Source: Deltaproteobacteria bacterium
GTDB lineage: Bacteria > Myxococcota_A > UBA9160 > SMWR01
Reading direction: 5' to 3'
Length of the DNA stretch: 64,000 bases
Assembly (NCBI GenBank): GCA_032128115.1
Contig: JAQBHB010000041.1
Coordinates: 27,753-91,752 of the forward strand
The notes under the pieces were generated by a model, which was given only the letters and a program-made list of their open reading frames with translations, made no database searches and was not told the origin of the DNA. Shown piece after piece: positions 1-8,745 of the stretch. Positions within the stretch are counted from its first letter, which is position 1, and each line of letters opens with the position of its first letter. Position numbers and translations under genes: made by a program.

Positions 1-884
1 TGCTCTCGGCCTATGCGCCCGCGCTGATGGCCGCCGTCGGTTTCGGCGTCATGGGGGTGCTGGCCATGGCGCTGATGACCTATTCGGCCGCGCGGCTCGG
101 CCAGGGGCTGGTGCGTCCGATCAATCTCCTCTACCACGGCCTGCGCAGTGCCGCGCGCGACGAGCTGGTGGATCAGAATCTCCCGTTGCGCGGAGCGGTG
201 GGCGAGATCGAGTCGCTGCTGATTGCCTTCAATGCCATGGCCGATCGTCTGCGCGCGCGCACCCACGAAACCGCGACCCATTCTCGCGCGCTGCAGGATC
301 AGAACCAGGCATTCCAGCAGCATCACGAAAACCTGCAGAAGCTTTCCATCACCGACGAGCTCACGCAGCTCCACAACCACCGCTTCTTCCAGGATCACCT
401 GGGGCGCGAGATCAAACGCCTGGGTCGAACCGGTGAGACGCTGGCGCTCCTGCTCGTCGACATCGACTTCTTCAAGAAGCTGAACGACACCTACGGTCAC
501 GCGGCCGGCGACGAATTCCTGCGCCAGATCGCCCGTATCATGAGAGAGATGGTGCGCGACACGGACCTGCTGGCCCGCTACGGGGGCGAGGAGTTCGCGA
601 TCGTCGCCACCGAGACGACCATGGAGGGCGCGATGATCCTGGCGGAGAAGATCCGCATGTCCATCGCCGAGGCCTCGTTCATCGTCGACGACACCATGCG
701 ACCGCGGAAGGCCACCGTTTCCATCGGAGTGGCCCAGTTCAACGGAAGCCGCACGGACCTGTTCAACTCGGCGGACGCGGCTCTCTATCGAGCCAAGGAT
801 GGCGGTCGCAACTGCGTGATCGCGGCCAACGACGACGAAGCCCAGGACCACCCCGAGCTCGGCGGAGCCGATCCGGCCTCCTGA
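1..884 (+). CDS. HAMP-GGDEF diguanylate cyclase, 5'-truncated by the window edge
   Basis: The frame is open from nt 3 to the edge. A hydrophobic helix and a HAMP-like linker precede a GGDEF domain (VDIDFFKKLNDTYGHAAGD, RYGGEEF, SIGVAQF, ADAALYRAKDGGRNC). Confidence 0.9.
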   Translation, partial: LSAYAPALMAAVGFGVMGVLAMALMTYSAARLGQGLVRPINLLYHGLRSAARDELVDQNLPLRGAVGEIESLLIAFNAMADRLRARTHETATHSRALQDQNQAFQQHHENLQKLSITDELTQLHNHRFFQDHLGREIKRLGRTGETLALLLVDIDFFKKLNDTYGHAAGDEFLRQIARIMREMVRDTDLLARYGGEEFAIVATETTMEGAMILAEKIRMSIAEASFIVDDTMRPRKATVSIGVAQFNGSRTDLFNSADAALYRAKDGGRNCVIAANDDEAQDHPELGGADPAS

Positions 885-893
885 ACGGGCCGG

Positions 894-1364
894 TTACTTC
901 ATCTTCACCTGCTCCCGGATCTCGAGCACGCCACCAGCGGCGAGCCACGCCTTGACGGTCTCGCCGGCCTGCTTCGGATTGTAGTTGTCCTCTTCGTAAC
1001 TCCAGAGGTCGTCGCCCGCGTATCGGATCAGCGTCCAGGTCGGAAACTGGAAGGGGCTCCCGGCCGGGTCGCTGGGGTGGGACAGCCGATTCTGGCACTG
1101 GAAGATCACCCAGCCGCGTTCCTCGTCGATCACGTGCCAGTCCATGGGGAAGTCCATCTGGGGGAACGGCGCCATCACGCCGGTAATCCAGTCGCGCACC
1201 GCGTCGCGCCCGCGAAACTCCCCGTATGCGTGCTCCACGTAGTGCACGTCTTCCGTGAACTTGTCTGCCCACGCCTGCCAGTCGCGCGCGGCAGACGCCA
1301 CGTCGTTCACTTCGCAGTAGCGGGCAAACGCTCTCTCCAGCTCGTCGCGCGTGAAGCGCCCCAA
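894..1364 (-). CDS. SnoaL-like / NTF2-fold small protein
   Basis: 156-aa ORF with composition and length typical of SnoaL-like proteins (WQAWADKFTEDVHYVEHAYGEFRGRDAVRDWI). The start is TTG at 1364, and no internal alternative lies nearby. Confidence 0.6.
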   Translation of the reverse strand: MGRFTRDELERAFARYCEVNDVASAARDWQAWADKFTEDVHYVEHAYGEFRGRDAVRDWITGVMAPFPQMDFPMDWHVIDEERGWVIFQCQNRLSHPSDPAGSPFQFPTWTLIRYAGDDLWSYEEDNYNPKQAGETVKAWLAAGGVLEIREQVKMK

Positions 1365-2356
1365 TGTCCGCCCTCCTTCAGCGATGGATGGCGGCTATTC
1401 TACCGCCCGTGACCGAGGGGAATCGACGCGCGATCCTGGCGGCCTTCCTGGCCAACCTGGGAATCTCCGTGGCCAAGTTCGTGGCCTTCCTGGCCACCGG
1501 CTCGGCCTCGATGCTGGCTGAGTCGGTCCATTCGGTGGCCGACACCGGCAACCAGGGCCTGCTCTTCCTGGGCGCGGCCCGCGCCCGACGCGCTCCCGAC
1601 GCGGAGCACCCCTTTGGCTACGGGCACGAGCGCTACTTCTGGGCCTTCGTGGTGGCGCTGGTGCTGTTCTCGCTGGGCGCGATCTTTTCCGCCGGCGAGG
1701 GAATCGCGAAGCTCCGCAATCCCCACCCACTGGATTCACCGGGCTGGGCGATCGGGGTGCTGCTGGCGGCAATCATCCTCGAGAGCTGGTCGTTCAACAC
1801 GGCCCGGCGCGAAGCCAACAAGGTTCGCGGCGGACGCAGCTGGTGGGGCTTCATGCGCCACGCCAAGAGTCCCGAACTCCCGGTGGTGCTGGCGGAAGAC
1901 CTGGGTGCCCTGATCGGACTCGTGCTGGCACTGCTGGGTGTGAGCCTTGCGGCCACTACGGGTGACTCGCGTTACGACGCCATGGCCAGCATCGGAATCG
2001 GGGTGCTGCTCGGCGTGATCGCCGTGGTTCTCGCCGTCGAGATGAAGAGCCTGCTGATCGGCGAATCGGCGGGGCCGAAGCACCTGACGGAAATCCGGTC
2101 GGCCATCGAAACCACCCCCCGCGTGCTGCGCCTGATCCACCTTCGCACCCTGCACCTGGGACCCGACGAGCTGCTGGTGGCGGGGAAGGTGGAGATGGAA
2201 GCGAGCCTCGAGTTCGCCCAGGTGGCCGCCGTGATCAACGCGATCGAGGCGAATGTGCGCGCTCGGGCGCCGATGGCTGCGATGATCTACATCGAGCCCG
2301 ACATCCACCTCACGCAGCCTCGGCCTCCCGATGCGGCTCCCACCCGAGCGACCTGA
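1364..2356 (+). CDS. Cation diffusion facilitator (CDF) family metal efflux transporter
   Basis: TM helices carry the CDF signature (MLAESVHSVADTGNQGLLFLG) and are followed by a C-terminal cytoplasmic domain. An alternative start is ATG at 1388. Confidence 0.85.
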   Translation: MSALLQRWMAAILPPVTEGNRRAILAAFLANLGISVAKFVAFLATGSASMLAESVHSVADTGNQGLLFLGAARARRAPDAEHPFGYGHERYFWAFVVALVLFSLGAIFSAGEGIAKLRNPHPLDSPGWAIGVLLAAIILESWSFNTARREANKVRGGRSWWGFMRHAKSPELPVVLAEDLGALIGLVLALLGVSLAATTGDSRYDAMASIGIGVLLGVIAVVLAVEMKSLLIGESAGPKHLTEIRSAIETTPRVLRLIHLRTLHLGPDELLVAGKVEMEASLEFAQVAAVINAIEANVRARAPMAAMIYIEPDIHLTQPRPPDAAPTRAT

Positions 2357-4181
2357 GCTGGGCCCACGCCTCGTCGCGTTCGGGAACGTGGATCATGACG
2401 GTGGCAATGTCGCCAGGCTGCAGCTTGAATGTCGCGTGCATGGGCGACACCTTCCCGCCGCGGCCGATCGCCAGGATCACGAAGCGCTCACCGGTACGGC
2501 TTGCGTCGTCGGGCTTCGAATCGGTCGCGTCCGTCTCGTCGGACCCGGTGTAGCTCCAGCTCTCCACCTTTGTCGCGCCGCGCCGCCAACGCGCATCCCA
2601 ACACTCTACGTCGTGGGGGCCGTCGAACAGCACGCTGACCTCCTGACTCTCCACCAGATCTCCTACCAGGCCCGACTCGGGATTCGAGACCGCCACGTAG
2701 CAACTGGGAACACTGAAGCGCTCTCGGGCCCGGCTCACGAAGACGCCGTTGAGCATCTCGTTCGGAGTCAGCCCGATGGCGAGGCCCACCCGGTGCGGGC
2801 GGGCCCGCAGCAGCGTGCGCTCCTGCACCGCATTGCCGAAGATCACCGGGAAGCCAGCCTCTTCGGCTTGCCGGCAGTTCCGGGGATTGGAGTCGAGGAA
2901 TACGATCGGCGTGCCCGACTCGCGCAGGGCGATGGCCAGCTCGAGCCCGAGACCCTGGGCTCCCAGGATGGCGGTGGTGTCGCGACCCGGCAGACGCTGT
3001 CCCAGCAGCGAAGCGATGGGCGCCGCCGTGAGCCCCGCCAGCACCACCGTGCCCGCGATCGTCAGGAACACCAGGGCCAGCAGTTCCGGCCCGCCTTCGA
3101 GCCCCTCGTTGGTGAGCGCTCCCGCCGCCACCGAGGCCACGGCCGCGGCCACGATGCCGCGGGGCGCGATCCAGGCGATCAGCCAGCGCTCCTTCCCCGA
3201 CAGCTCGGACCCGGCGGTGCACAGCCACACATTGAGGGGCCGGATCGCGAAAACCAGTGCGCCCACGACCCCGACGCCCCGCCAACCCAGGGCCGCCACG
3301 TCTTCGAGGCGTACCCCAGCGGCCAGGAGTACGAAGAGCAGGCCGATCAGCATGATGCTCAACTGATCCTTGAACTCGCGAAGGTCCCGGTCCACCGGCG
3401 TGCGCAGGTTGCCCACCACGGCGCCGGCGATCGTCACCGCCAGGATCCCGCTGTGGGAAACCACCACGTCGCAGCCCTGGGAGAGCAGGAGCACCGAGGC
3501 GAGTACGAAGACGTTCTCGTGCCCCTCGGCAACCACCCGGCGCGCGTGCAGCAACCCGGCCAGGGCGATTCCCGCCAGGCCACCCGCGACGGTTCCGAAC
3601 CCGAGTCGGTACACCAGGGCGCCCGCGCCGCTGGCCAGCGACTCGGCGCCTGGCGACAGGGCCACGCCCAACATGAGCACCGCTACGATGGCGCCGATCG
3701 GGTCGATCAGGACGCCCTCGGCCTCGAGCACCGTGGCCACCCGGGTCCGCAATCGCAAGCTCTCGACCAGGGGACCGACCACCGTGGGCCCCGTCACCAC
3801 CACCAGGCTCCCGAAGAGCAGCGAATGGACCCACGGCCAGTCGAAGAAGGCATGGACGGACAGCGCCCCGCCGAACAGGGTCACCAGGGCGCCGACGCTC
3901 ACCAGCCGCCGGATCGGAGTCTGCGCCCGGCGCAGGCGCGAGATATCCAGGTTGAGGCCGCCCTCGAAGAGGATCACCGCCACCGCCAGATCGACGATGG
4001 TGAACAGCCCGCTGCCCAACGAGAGCGGCTGCACCCAACCCAGGCCGTCGGGGCCCAGGGCCACACCCGCCACCAACAGCACCACGATTCCCGGCACGCG
4101 AATGTGCCGGCCCAGTGACTGCGCAACGATGCCGACCACGAGGGCCAGCACCAGTGTCAACGCGGGATGCGCCCCCTCCAC
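2310..4181 (-). CDS. Na+/H+ (cation:proton) exchanger fused to TrkA-N/TrkA-C (RCK) regulatory domains
   Basis: 623 aa. The N-terminal ~400 aa is a polytopic exchanger-like region. The C-terminus has a Rossmann-like segment (TAILGAQGLGLELAIALRESGTPIVFLD) and a TrkA-C-like tail. Its 3' end overlaps the CDF gene convergently by 47 nt. Confidence 0.85.
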   Translation of the reverse strand: MEGAHPALTLVLALVVGIVAQSLGRHIRVPGIVVLLVAGVALGPDGLGWVQPLSLGSGLFTIVDLAVAVILFEGGLNLDISRLRRAQTPIRRLVSVGALVTLFGGALSVHAFFDWPWVHSLLFGSLVVVTGPTVVGPLVESLRLRTRVATVLEAEGVLIDPIGAIVAVLMLGVALSPGAESLASGAGALVYRLGFGTVAGGLAGIALAGLLHARRVVAEGHENVFVLASVLLLSQGCDVVVSHSGILAVTIAGAVVGNLRTPVDRDLREFKDQLSIMLIGLLFVLLAAGVRLEDVAALGWRGVGVVGALVFAIRPLNVWLCTAGSELSGKERWLIAWIAPRGIVAAAVASVAAGALTNEGLEGGPELLALVFLTIAGTVVLAGLTAAPIASLLGQRLPGRDTTAILGAQGLGLELAIALRESGTPIVFLDSNPRNCRQAEEAGFPVIFGNAVQERTLLRARPHRVGLAIGLTPNEMLNGVFVSRARERFSVPSCYVAVSNPESGLVGDLVESQEVSVLFDGPHDVECWDARWRRGATKVESWSYTGSDETDATDSKPDDASRTGERFVILAIGRGGKVSPMHATFKLQPGDIATVMIHVPERDEAWAQLRSLGWEPHREAEAA

Positions 4182-4233
4182 GGGCGGAACCTACCCCGAT
4201 CCACCCTGCTGAGCCCGCACCTGGAAGTGAAAC

Positions 4234-4277
4234 GGGGAACGAGTGATCCCCGGCCGGGGAACGAGTGATCCCCGGCC
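4234..4277. repeat. 22-bp x2 perfect tandem duplication upstream of the antiporter gene
   Basis: GGGGAACGAGTGATCCCCGGCC occurs twice in direct succession. Each unit carries a GGGGA...TCCCC dyad. The array lies 53-96 nt 5' of the minus-strand start at 4181. Confidence 0.9.
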
Positions 4278-4624
4278 ACCGCAGGCTACGCCAGCGCGGC
4301 GGCCGGGGATGCGCGCTCGTCAGCTGTCGGGGCCGTTTCGGGTTGCGACTGCCGCGCCGACAGGCCCAGTCCTGTCGCGGCTGCGACTCCTGCCAGACCC
4401 GCTCACCCGTACATGACCCCACTGACGGTCGCGCGTGGACTCGTCTCCTCACGCGTCGGACGATCGCTTCGCCCGACGGGTGGACCACGAAACCGAACCG
4501 GCAGGACGCCGAGCGAGAACCAAAGCACCGTTCAGGGCTTTACTCACTCCCAACGTCCGCACACTTTCCTTTATCAAGAATCGTGCCCACCGAAGAAACA
4601 CCCATGAGCGGCTGCAATGCGATG

Positions 4625-4712
4625 AAATGGGGGTGCCGGCACCCATTACCGGAGGAAAGGGCTTTCCCCTATTGGGAAAGTGGTTTCCCAGCGGGAAAGT
4701 GGTTTCCCAGCG
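4625..4712 (+). promoter_or_regulatory. Cluster of dyad-symmetric elements upstream of the secreted-protein gene
   Basis: A perfect 14-bp palindrome, GGGTGCCGGCACCC, sits at 4631-4644. GGAAAGGGCTTTCC is at ~4653-4666. A 19-bp unit, GGGAAAGTGGTTTCCCAGC, is tandemly duplicated at 4674-4692 and 4693-4711, and each copy contains GGGAAA-N4-TTTCCC. Confidence 0.6.
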
Positions 4713-4773
4713 CGGAAAAGACTTCACCTCTGCTAGCGTCCGGCCGCCAAATGAGCGGAACCCCCCCTGTTCC

Positions 4774-5298
4774 ATGGAGGGATCTCCCGTGCGCAATTCC
4801 CAGATCATTCTCGTTGGCCTGATCGCCGCCGCAGCGGGCGCGGCACTGCTGCCCATGTTTGCAGCGGCAGGCAATGGCCAGACCGTGATCCTGAGTCAGG
4901 TTCCCTTCGCCGAGAACGCCATGGTGCGTTCTGAGGTGCGCGACCAGTGCCAGCTGGACTCCAAGGTGCCGGCGTACATCGTGCAGTCGGCGAGCGGCCA
5001 GATCATAACCGCCCACGAGCTTCCCGGGACCGGCCGGACGCTGGAGATCGAGATCGTGGATGCCGCCGAGCAGGGCAATGCCTTCACGGGTCGGGCCAAG
5101 AGCCTGACGCTCTCGGGCGAGCTTCGCGAAAAAGGCAAGGTCGTCGGAAGTTTCCGAGCCCGACGCTCGACGACAGGCGGCGTCTTTGGCCAGTACAAGG
5201 GCAACTGCTCGTTCTTCTACCGCTGCGCCAAGACGCTGGGACGCGACGTGGCCCAGTGGCTGAACAATCCCACGATGAACGCGCGCATCGGCGAATAG
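4774..5298 (+). CDS. Hypothetical secreted protein with an N-terminal signal peptide
   Basis: Internal ATG at 4774 of ORF 4435..5298. The N-terminus has a hydrophobic h-region ending in an AAAG motif (IILVGLIAAAAGAALLPMFAAAGNG). I recognise no domain. Confidence 0.55.
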   Translation: MEGSPVRNSQIILVGLIAAAAGAALLPMFAAAGNGQTVILSQVPFAENAMVRSEVRDQCQLDSKVPAYIVQSASGQIITAHELPGTGRTLEIEIVDAAEQGNAFTGRAKSLTLSGELREKGKVVGSFRARRSTTGGVFGQYKGNCSFFYRCAKTLGRDVAQWLNNPTMNARIGE

Positions 5299-5365
5299 GG
5301 CATCTGGACGACCAGAGCATCTGGACGGCTAGAGCGTCTGGACGACTAGAGCATCTGGGAGACTG
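5298..5365. repeat. 17-bp x4 tandem repeat (GAGCATCTGGACGRCTA) between convergent genes
   Basis: The four units are gggcatctggacgacca, gagcatctggacggcta, gagcgtctggacgacta and gagcatctgggagactg. The array begins at the last base of the TAG stop (5296-98). Confidence 0.9.
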
Positions 5366-5390
5366 GGGTTCCGGGCCCGCCCGGGCCGGA

Positions 5391-6182
5391 TCAGGCCTGT
5401 GGCGGCTCCCACACCAGCCGCGCCACGCCCCCATCCACCCGGACCTGTGGGGCTCGCGCCAGGCGCAGTCCGCGCCCATCGCTGCTGCGGCCGCTTTCCA
5501 GCCGGAACACGTATCCGTGCCACGGGCACCGGATGCAGCCTTCCTCGATCACGGCATCGTCGAGGGGGCCCAGCCAGTGCGGACAGGTGCCCGCGTGGGC
5601 CATGAGCTCTCCTTCCACGTCGACCACTCGCCAGACGCGCCCCCGGACCTCGACCCGCCGCGGAAGCTGATTGCGCAGGGCCTCCACCGGGCCCAGGTTG
5701 AATTCGTCCACACTCTCGCCGTCCGCGGGCGTCGTGTTCTCCAGGCCTGCCTGCCTATGGCGCATCATGGCCTCGTCCTCGTCCCAGAGCCGTTCGTAGA
5801 GGCGGGTGTAGCCGGCGCCCAGGATCTGGGCGCTGGCCGGCGCTACCTCCGGGAGGCGGAACTCCACCTCGATGCGAGTGCGGCCATCAGCCCCGGACTC
5901 GAGCCGCGTCCAGATCTCGGTGCCCCGCCCGGGTCCCTCCAGGGTTCGAACCACGTAGCGGGATTTCGGGCGATCCAGGATCAGCTCGATGGTGATCGGG
6001 TGGGCCGGATCGGCGGGCTGAAGGCCCACCCGCGCCCGCCATCCCCAGCGACCCGATTCGAGGCACTCGATGCTGGAGAAGCTGCTGGAGTGGAGCCAGG
6101 GCAGGTGCTCCCAGTCGAGCGCGTTCTCCCACACGCGTTCGAGGCAGGCCCGCAACTCGCGCCGGTAGACCGCGACTCTCAC
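5391..6182 (-). CDS. Rieske [2Fe-2S] protein with an N-terminal SRPBCC-like domain
   Basis: The C-terminal Rieske motif is CPHWLGPL...CIRCPWHGYVF. The N-terminal ~150 aa looks SRPBCC-like (LERVWENALDWEHLPWLH). The start was moved to GTG at 6182 because upstream codons overlap the divergent SDR gene region. Confidence 0.7.
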   Translation of the reverse strand: MRVAVYRRELRACLERVWENALDWEHLPWLHSSSFSSIECLESGRWGWRARVGLQPADPAHPITIELILDRPKSRYVVRTLEGPGRGTEIWTRLESGADGRTRIEVEFRLPEVAPASAQILGAGYTRLYERLWDEDEAMMRHRQAGLENTTPADGESVDEFNLGPVEALRNQLPRRVEVRGRVWRVVDVEGELMAHAGTCPHWLGPLDDAVIEEGCIRCPWHGYVFRLESGRSSDGRGLRLARAPQVRVDGGVARLVWEPPQA

Positions 6183-6319
6183 CAGTGAGGGGGACTCCAC
6201 CGCCGACCTCCGGCGGCAGCATAACCGAGCGCCCGTCCTACTTGACCCGGCCGGATCGAGCGTCCATAAATGCCCCACCAGGCCCCAGACAAGACCCCTG
6301 TCCACCGGGAGGGAGATCC

Positions 6320-7180
6320 ATGGCGGAGCGAAGTGTCGTGATCACGGGTGCGTCCACCGGCATTGGCCGGGCGGCCGCCTTGCACATGGATCGACAGGGA
6401 TTCCAGGTGTTTGCGGGCGTGCGCCGCGACGAGGACGCCCGGGCCTTGCGCTCAGCGGCCTCGGCACGGCTCACGCCGCTGATGCTCGACGTCACCGATG
6501 CGACGGGGATCGAGGCAGCGGCGAAGAGCGTCGAGCAGGCGCTCGGCGCAGCCGGGCTCGGGGGTTTGGTCAACAACGCCGGGGTGGGTGTGACGGCGGT
6601 CCAGGAGTTCATCGACCTGGACGAGCTGCGCCGCCAGCTGGAGGTGAACGTGGTGGGCCCGGTGGCAGTGACCCGCGCCTTCCTCCCGCTGCTTCGACTC
6701 GGCGGCGGCCGCGTGGTTCACGTGGGCTCGATGGGCGGCTACAACGCCGCGCCCTTCATGGGGCCCTACGCCGCATCGAAGTTCGCGATCGAGGCGCTCA
6801 CGGACTCCCTGCGGCGCGAACTGCGCCCATGGGGCCTGGAGGTCGCGCTGATCGAGCCGGGCAGCATCGGGACCCCCATCTGGGACAAGGCCCAGTCCTA
6901 CGCCGACGAAGTGCGCAAGGGGCTGTCCGAGCGAGCGCTCGATCTCTACGGCGATCACCTGGACAAGATGGTGAAGTTCGCGGTGTCGGCCTCGCTGCGC
7001 GCGATCCCCGCCGAGAAGGTGGCCGAGGCGATCCACCACGCGCTCACCTCCCCGCGCCCGAGAACCCGTTATCGGGTCGGTTTCGACGCCAAGCTGGTGA
7101 AGTTCCTCACCCGCGTGCTTCCCGACCGGGCGATCGACGCCCTGGTGGCCAGGATGATCGGCATGCCGAAGGGCGGCTGA
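6320..7180 (+). CDS. Short-chain dehydrogenase/reductase (SDR)
   Basis: ATG at 6320 follows GGGAGG. The cofactor motif is VVITGASTGIGRAAA, with NNAG and a YAASK catalytic motif. Confidence 0.9.
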   Translation: MAERSVVITGASTGIGRAAALHMDRQGFQVFAGVRRDEDARALRSAASARLTPLMLDVTDATGIEAAAKSVEQALGAAGLGGLVNNAGVGVTAVQEFIDLDELRRQLEVNVVGPVAVTRAFLPLLRLGGGRVVHVGSMGGYNAAPFMGPYAASKFAIEALTDSLRRELRPWGLEVALIEPGSIGTPIWDKAQSYADEVRKGLSERALDLYGDHLDKMVKFAVSASLRAIPAEKVAEAIHHALTSPRPRTRYRVGFDAKLVKFLTRVLPDRAIDALVARMIGMPKGG

Positions 7181-7195
7181 GTTCGCTCCGAACTC
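7179..7195 (+). terminator. Small stem-loop overlapping the SDR stop codon
   Basis: GAGTTCG-CTC-CGAACTC, a 7-bp perfect stem that begins inside the TGA at 7178-7180. No T-tract follows. Confidence 0.3.
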
Positions 7196-7326
7196 GCCCC
7201 GGAGGCGCCCGCAAGCATGTGACCTGGATCACAAGAATTGTGGGGATACCGACCCATTGAGGGTTCAAGCTGCCGGCCTGCCGCTCCGATCGGTAGGTCC
7301 CCACCTTTTCGGGGGGAGGTTTCGCC

Positions 7327-8745
7327 ATGGATTCGATCTATTTCTGGCCGGACAATCCGGCGGCTTCGATCTGCGCACTGGCCGGGATCAGCATGATCTT
7401 CCTGTGGGCGGCTCGGGAGCCCATGCTCCAGATGCTGCGAAGCCTGGGGAAGGGACTCGAGAGCGGTCTGCGGGCGGTGGCCCGATGGTGCGCAGAGACG
7501 GCCGAGAACCTGCAGCGCCGCAGTACCGAGGCCCTGCTGGCCGCCGGCGAGCTCGAGCTCAACGGCAAGGTCGAGCGCGAGCTCCAGAAGATCGATGGCA
7601 GCTTCGCCCAGAAGGTCGGCCAGTATTCCACGCTCCACCGGCGACTCGACGATCTGCTCAACCACCTGGACACGGACTACAAGAACTGCGGCGACTCGCC
7701 GCCGGACGTGCCGGGTTGGGCACCCGCGGTGGAAGCCGTGGCCAACATCCCGGCCGCCGCCGACCCCAACGTGAAGAAGGTGTTGGAGGGGATCCAGGGC
7801 TCCCTGGAGGACGCCGGGAAGAAGGCCCTCAAGAATTATCGCGACGAGAGCTCCAAGCGGCACGGTCTGCTGAACAAGATGCGGCCGGACTGGAAGGAGG
7901 TTCGCGGCTTGATGGCGCGCATGCAGGACATGGCCGCCAAGGCGCTCCAGATCACCGGAAAGATCGATCGCTTCGTGGACGAGTACGCGCAGGTCCTCAA
8001 GGACCGCGACTCGGCCGCCAAGGCGCTCACGTACTCGGCGTTCAAGCCCTTCATCATCTCGCTGATCGTGATGGGCGTGGCGCTTGGGGGCGCCTTCATC
8101 AACTTCCAGCTGATCGCCCTCCCCATGTCGGAGTTGGTGCCCGCGGGCGCCCGGATCGGCGGGCTCCCGGTCTCCACGGTCTCGGCCCTGGTAATCGTTC
8201 TGATGGAGGCGGCCCTCGGAATCTTCCTGATGGACATGCTGGGCATTACCGACCTGTTTCCGAAGCTCAGCGCGGTGGCGCCTTCGCGGCGCCGGCTGAT
8301 CCTGTGGATGGCGACCCTGGGCCTGTTCTTCCTGGCGTCGGTGGAGAGCTCGCTGGCGATCCTGCGCGAGCAGATCGTCGAGGCCGATGCATTCCTCAAG
8401 CTGTCGTTGGCTGGCGTGGAGAACAACGTTGTGGCGCGGCCCACCTCTTCGTCGATTCCCGTCATCGGGCAGGCGGTGCTTGGCTTCGTGCTGCCCTGGA
8501 TCCTGTCCATGGTGGCGATTCCGCTGGAGATGTTCCTGGACAGTGGCCGTCACGTATTGGCGCGGGCCTCGGTGTTCGCGCTCCACCTGGTGGGTCACGT
8601 GATGACGATTGCAGCGCACCTGGCCAAGTACCTGACGAGCGCGATCCCCAGCATCTACGACGTGTACGTGGCTCTCCCCCTGCGCATCGAGCGGATGATC
8701 CGAAAGGCGGACCCGGTGAGCATCGACGACGCGGAGGTGGCGTGA
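7327..8745 (+). CDS. Hypothetical polytopic membrane protein with a long N-terminal coiled-coil-like soluble region
   Basis: 472 aa. One N-terminal TM helix is followed by ~200 aa of charged, heptad-like sequence and then about 5 TM helices. GGGGGGAGG lies upstream of the ATG. I recognise no family. Confidence 0.6.
   Translation: MDSIYFWPDNPAASICALAGISMIFLWAAREPMLQMLRSLGKGLESGLRAVARWCAETAENLQRRSTEALLAAGELELNGKVERELQKIDGSFAQKVGQYSTLHRRLDDLLNHLDTDYKNCGDSPPDVPGWAPAVEAVANIPAAADPNVKKVLEGIQGSLEDAGKKALKNYRDESSKRHGLLNKMRPDWKEVRGLMARMQDMAAKALQITGKIDRFVDEYAQVLKDRDSAAKALTYSAFKPFIISLIVMGVALGGAFINFQLIALPMSELVPAGARIGGLPVSTVSALVIVLMEAALGIFLMDMLGITDLFPKLSAVAPSRRRLILWMATLGLFFLASVESSLAILREQIVEADAFLKLSLAGVENNVVARPTSSSIPVIGQAVLGFVLPWILSMVAIPLEMFLDSGRHVLARASVFALHLVGHVMTIAAHLAKYLTSAIPSIYDVYVALPLRIERMIRKADPVSIDDAEVA

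Noticed and set aside
2488-4488. 666-aa minus-strand ORF overlapping the antiporter gene in another frame. Comparable long overlapping ORFs (alternate-frame or antisense) occur at 7069..8772, 16757..19174, 25875..27812, 49224..50549, 51311..52636 and 59617..61122.
   Set aside because: All are Arg/Pro/Gly-rich with no motifs. All overlap genes whose translations carry strong family signatures. I treat them as high-GC artefacts.
4265-4874. ORFs in the long intergenic region (4265..4822 +, 4413..4607 +, 4449..4874 -)
   Set aside because: Their translations are compositionally odd, have no motifs and overlap one another. The region is better explained as regulatory or non-coding, with the real gene starting at 4774.
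7257-8744. N-terminal ~496 aa of the 714-aa ORF 7257..9401
   Set aside because: This part overlaps the 7327..8745 membrane-protein gene out of frame and is low-complexity. Only the C-terminal 218 aa, from the ATG at 8745 with its lipobox, looks real.
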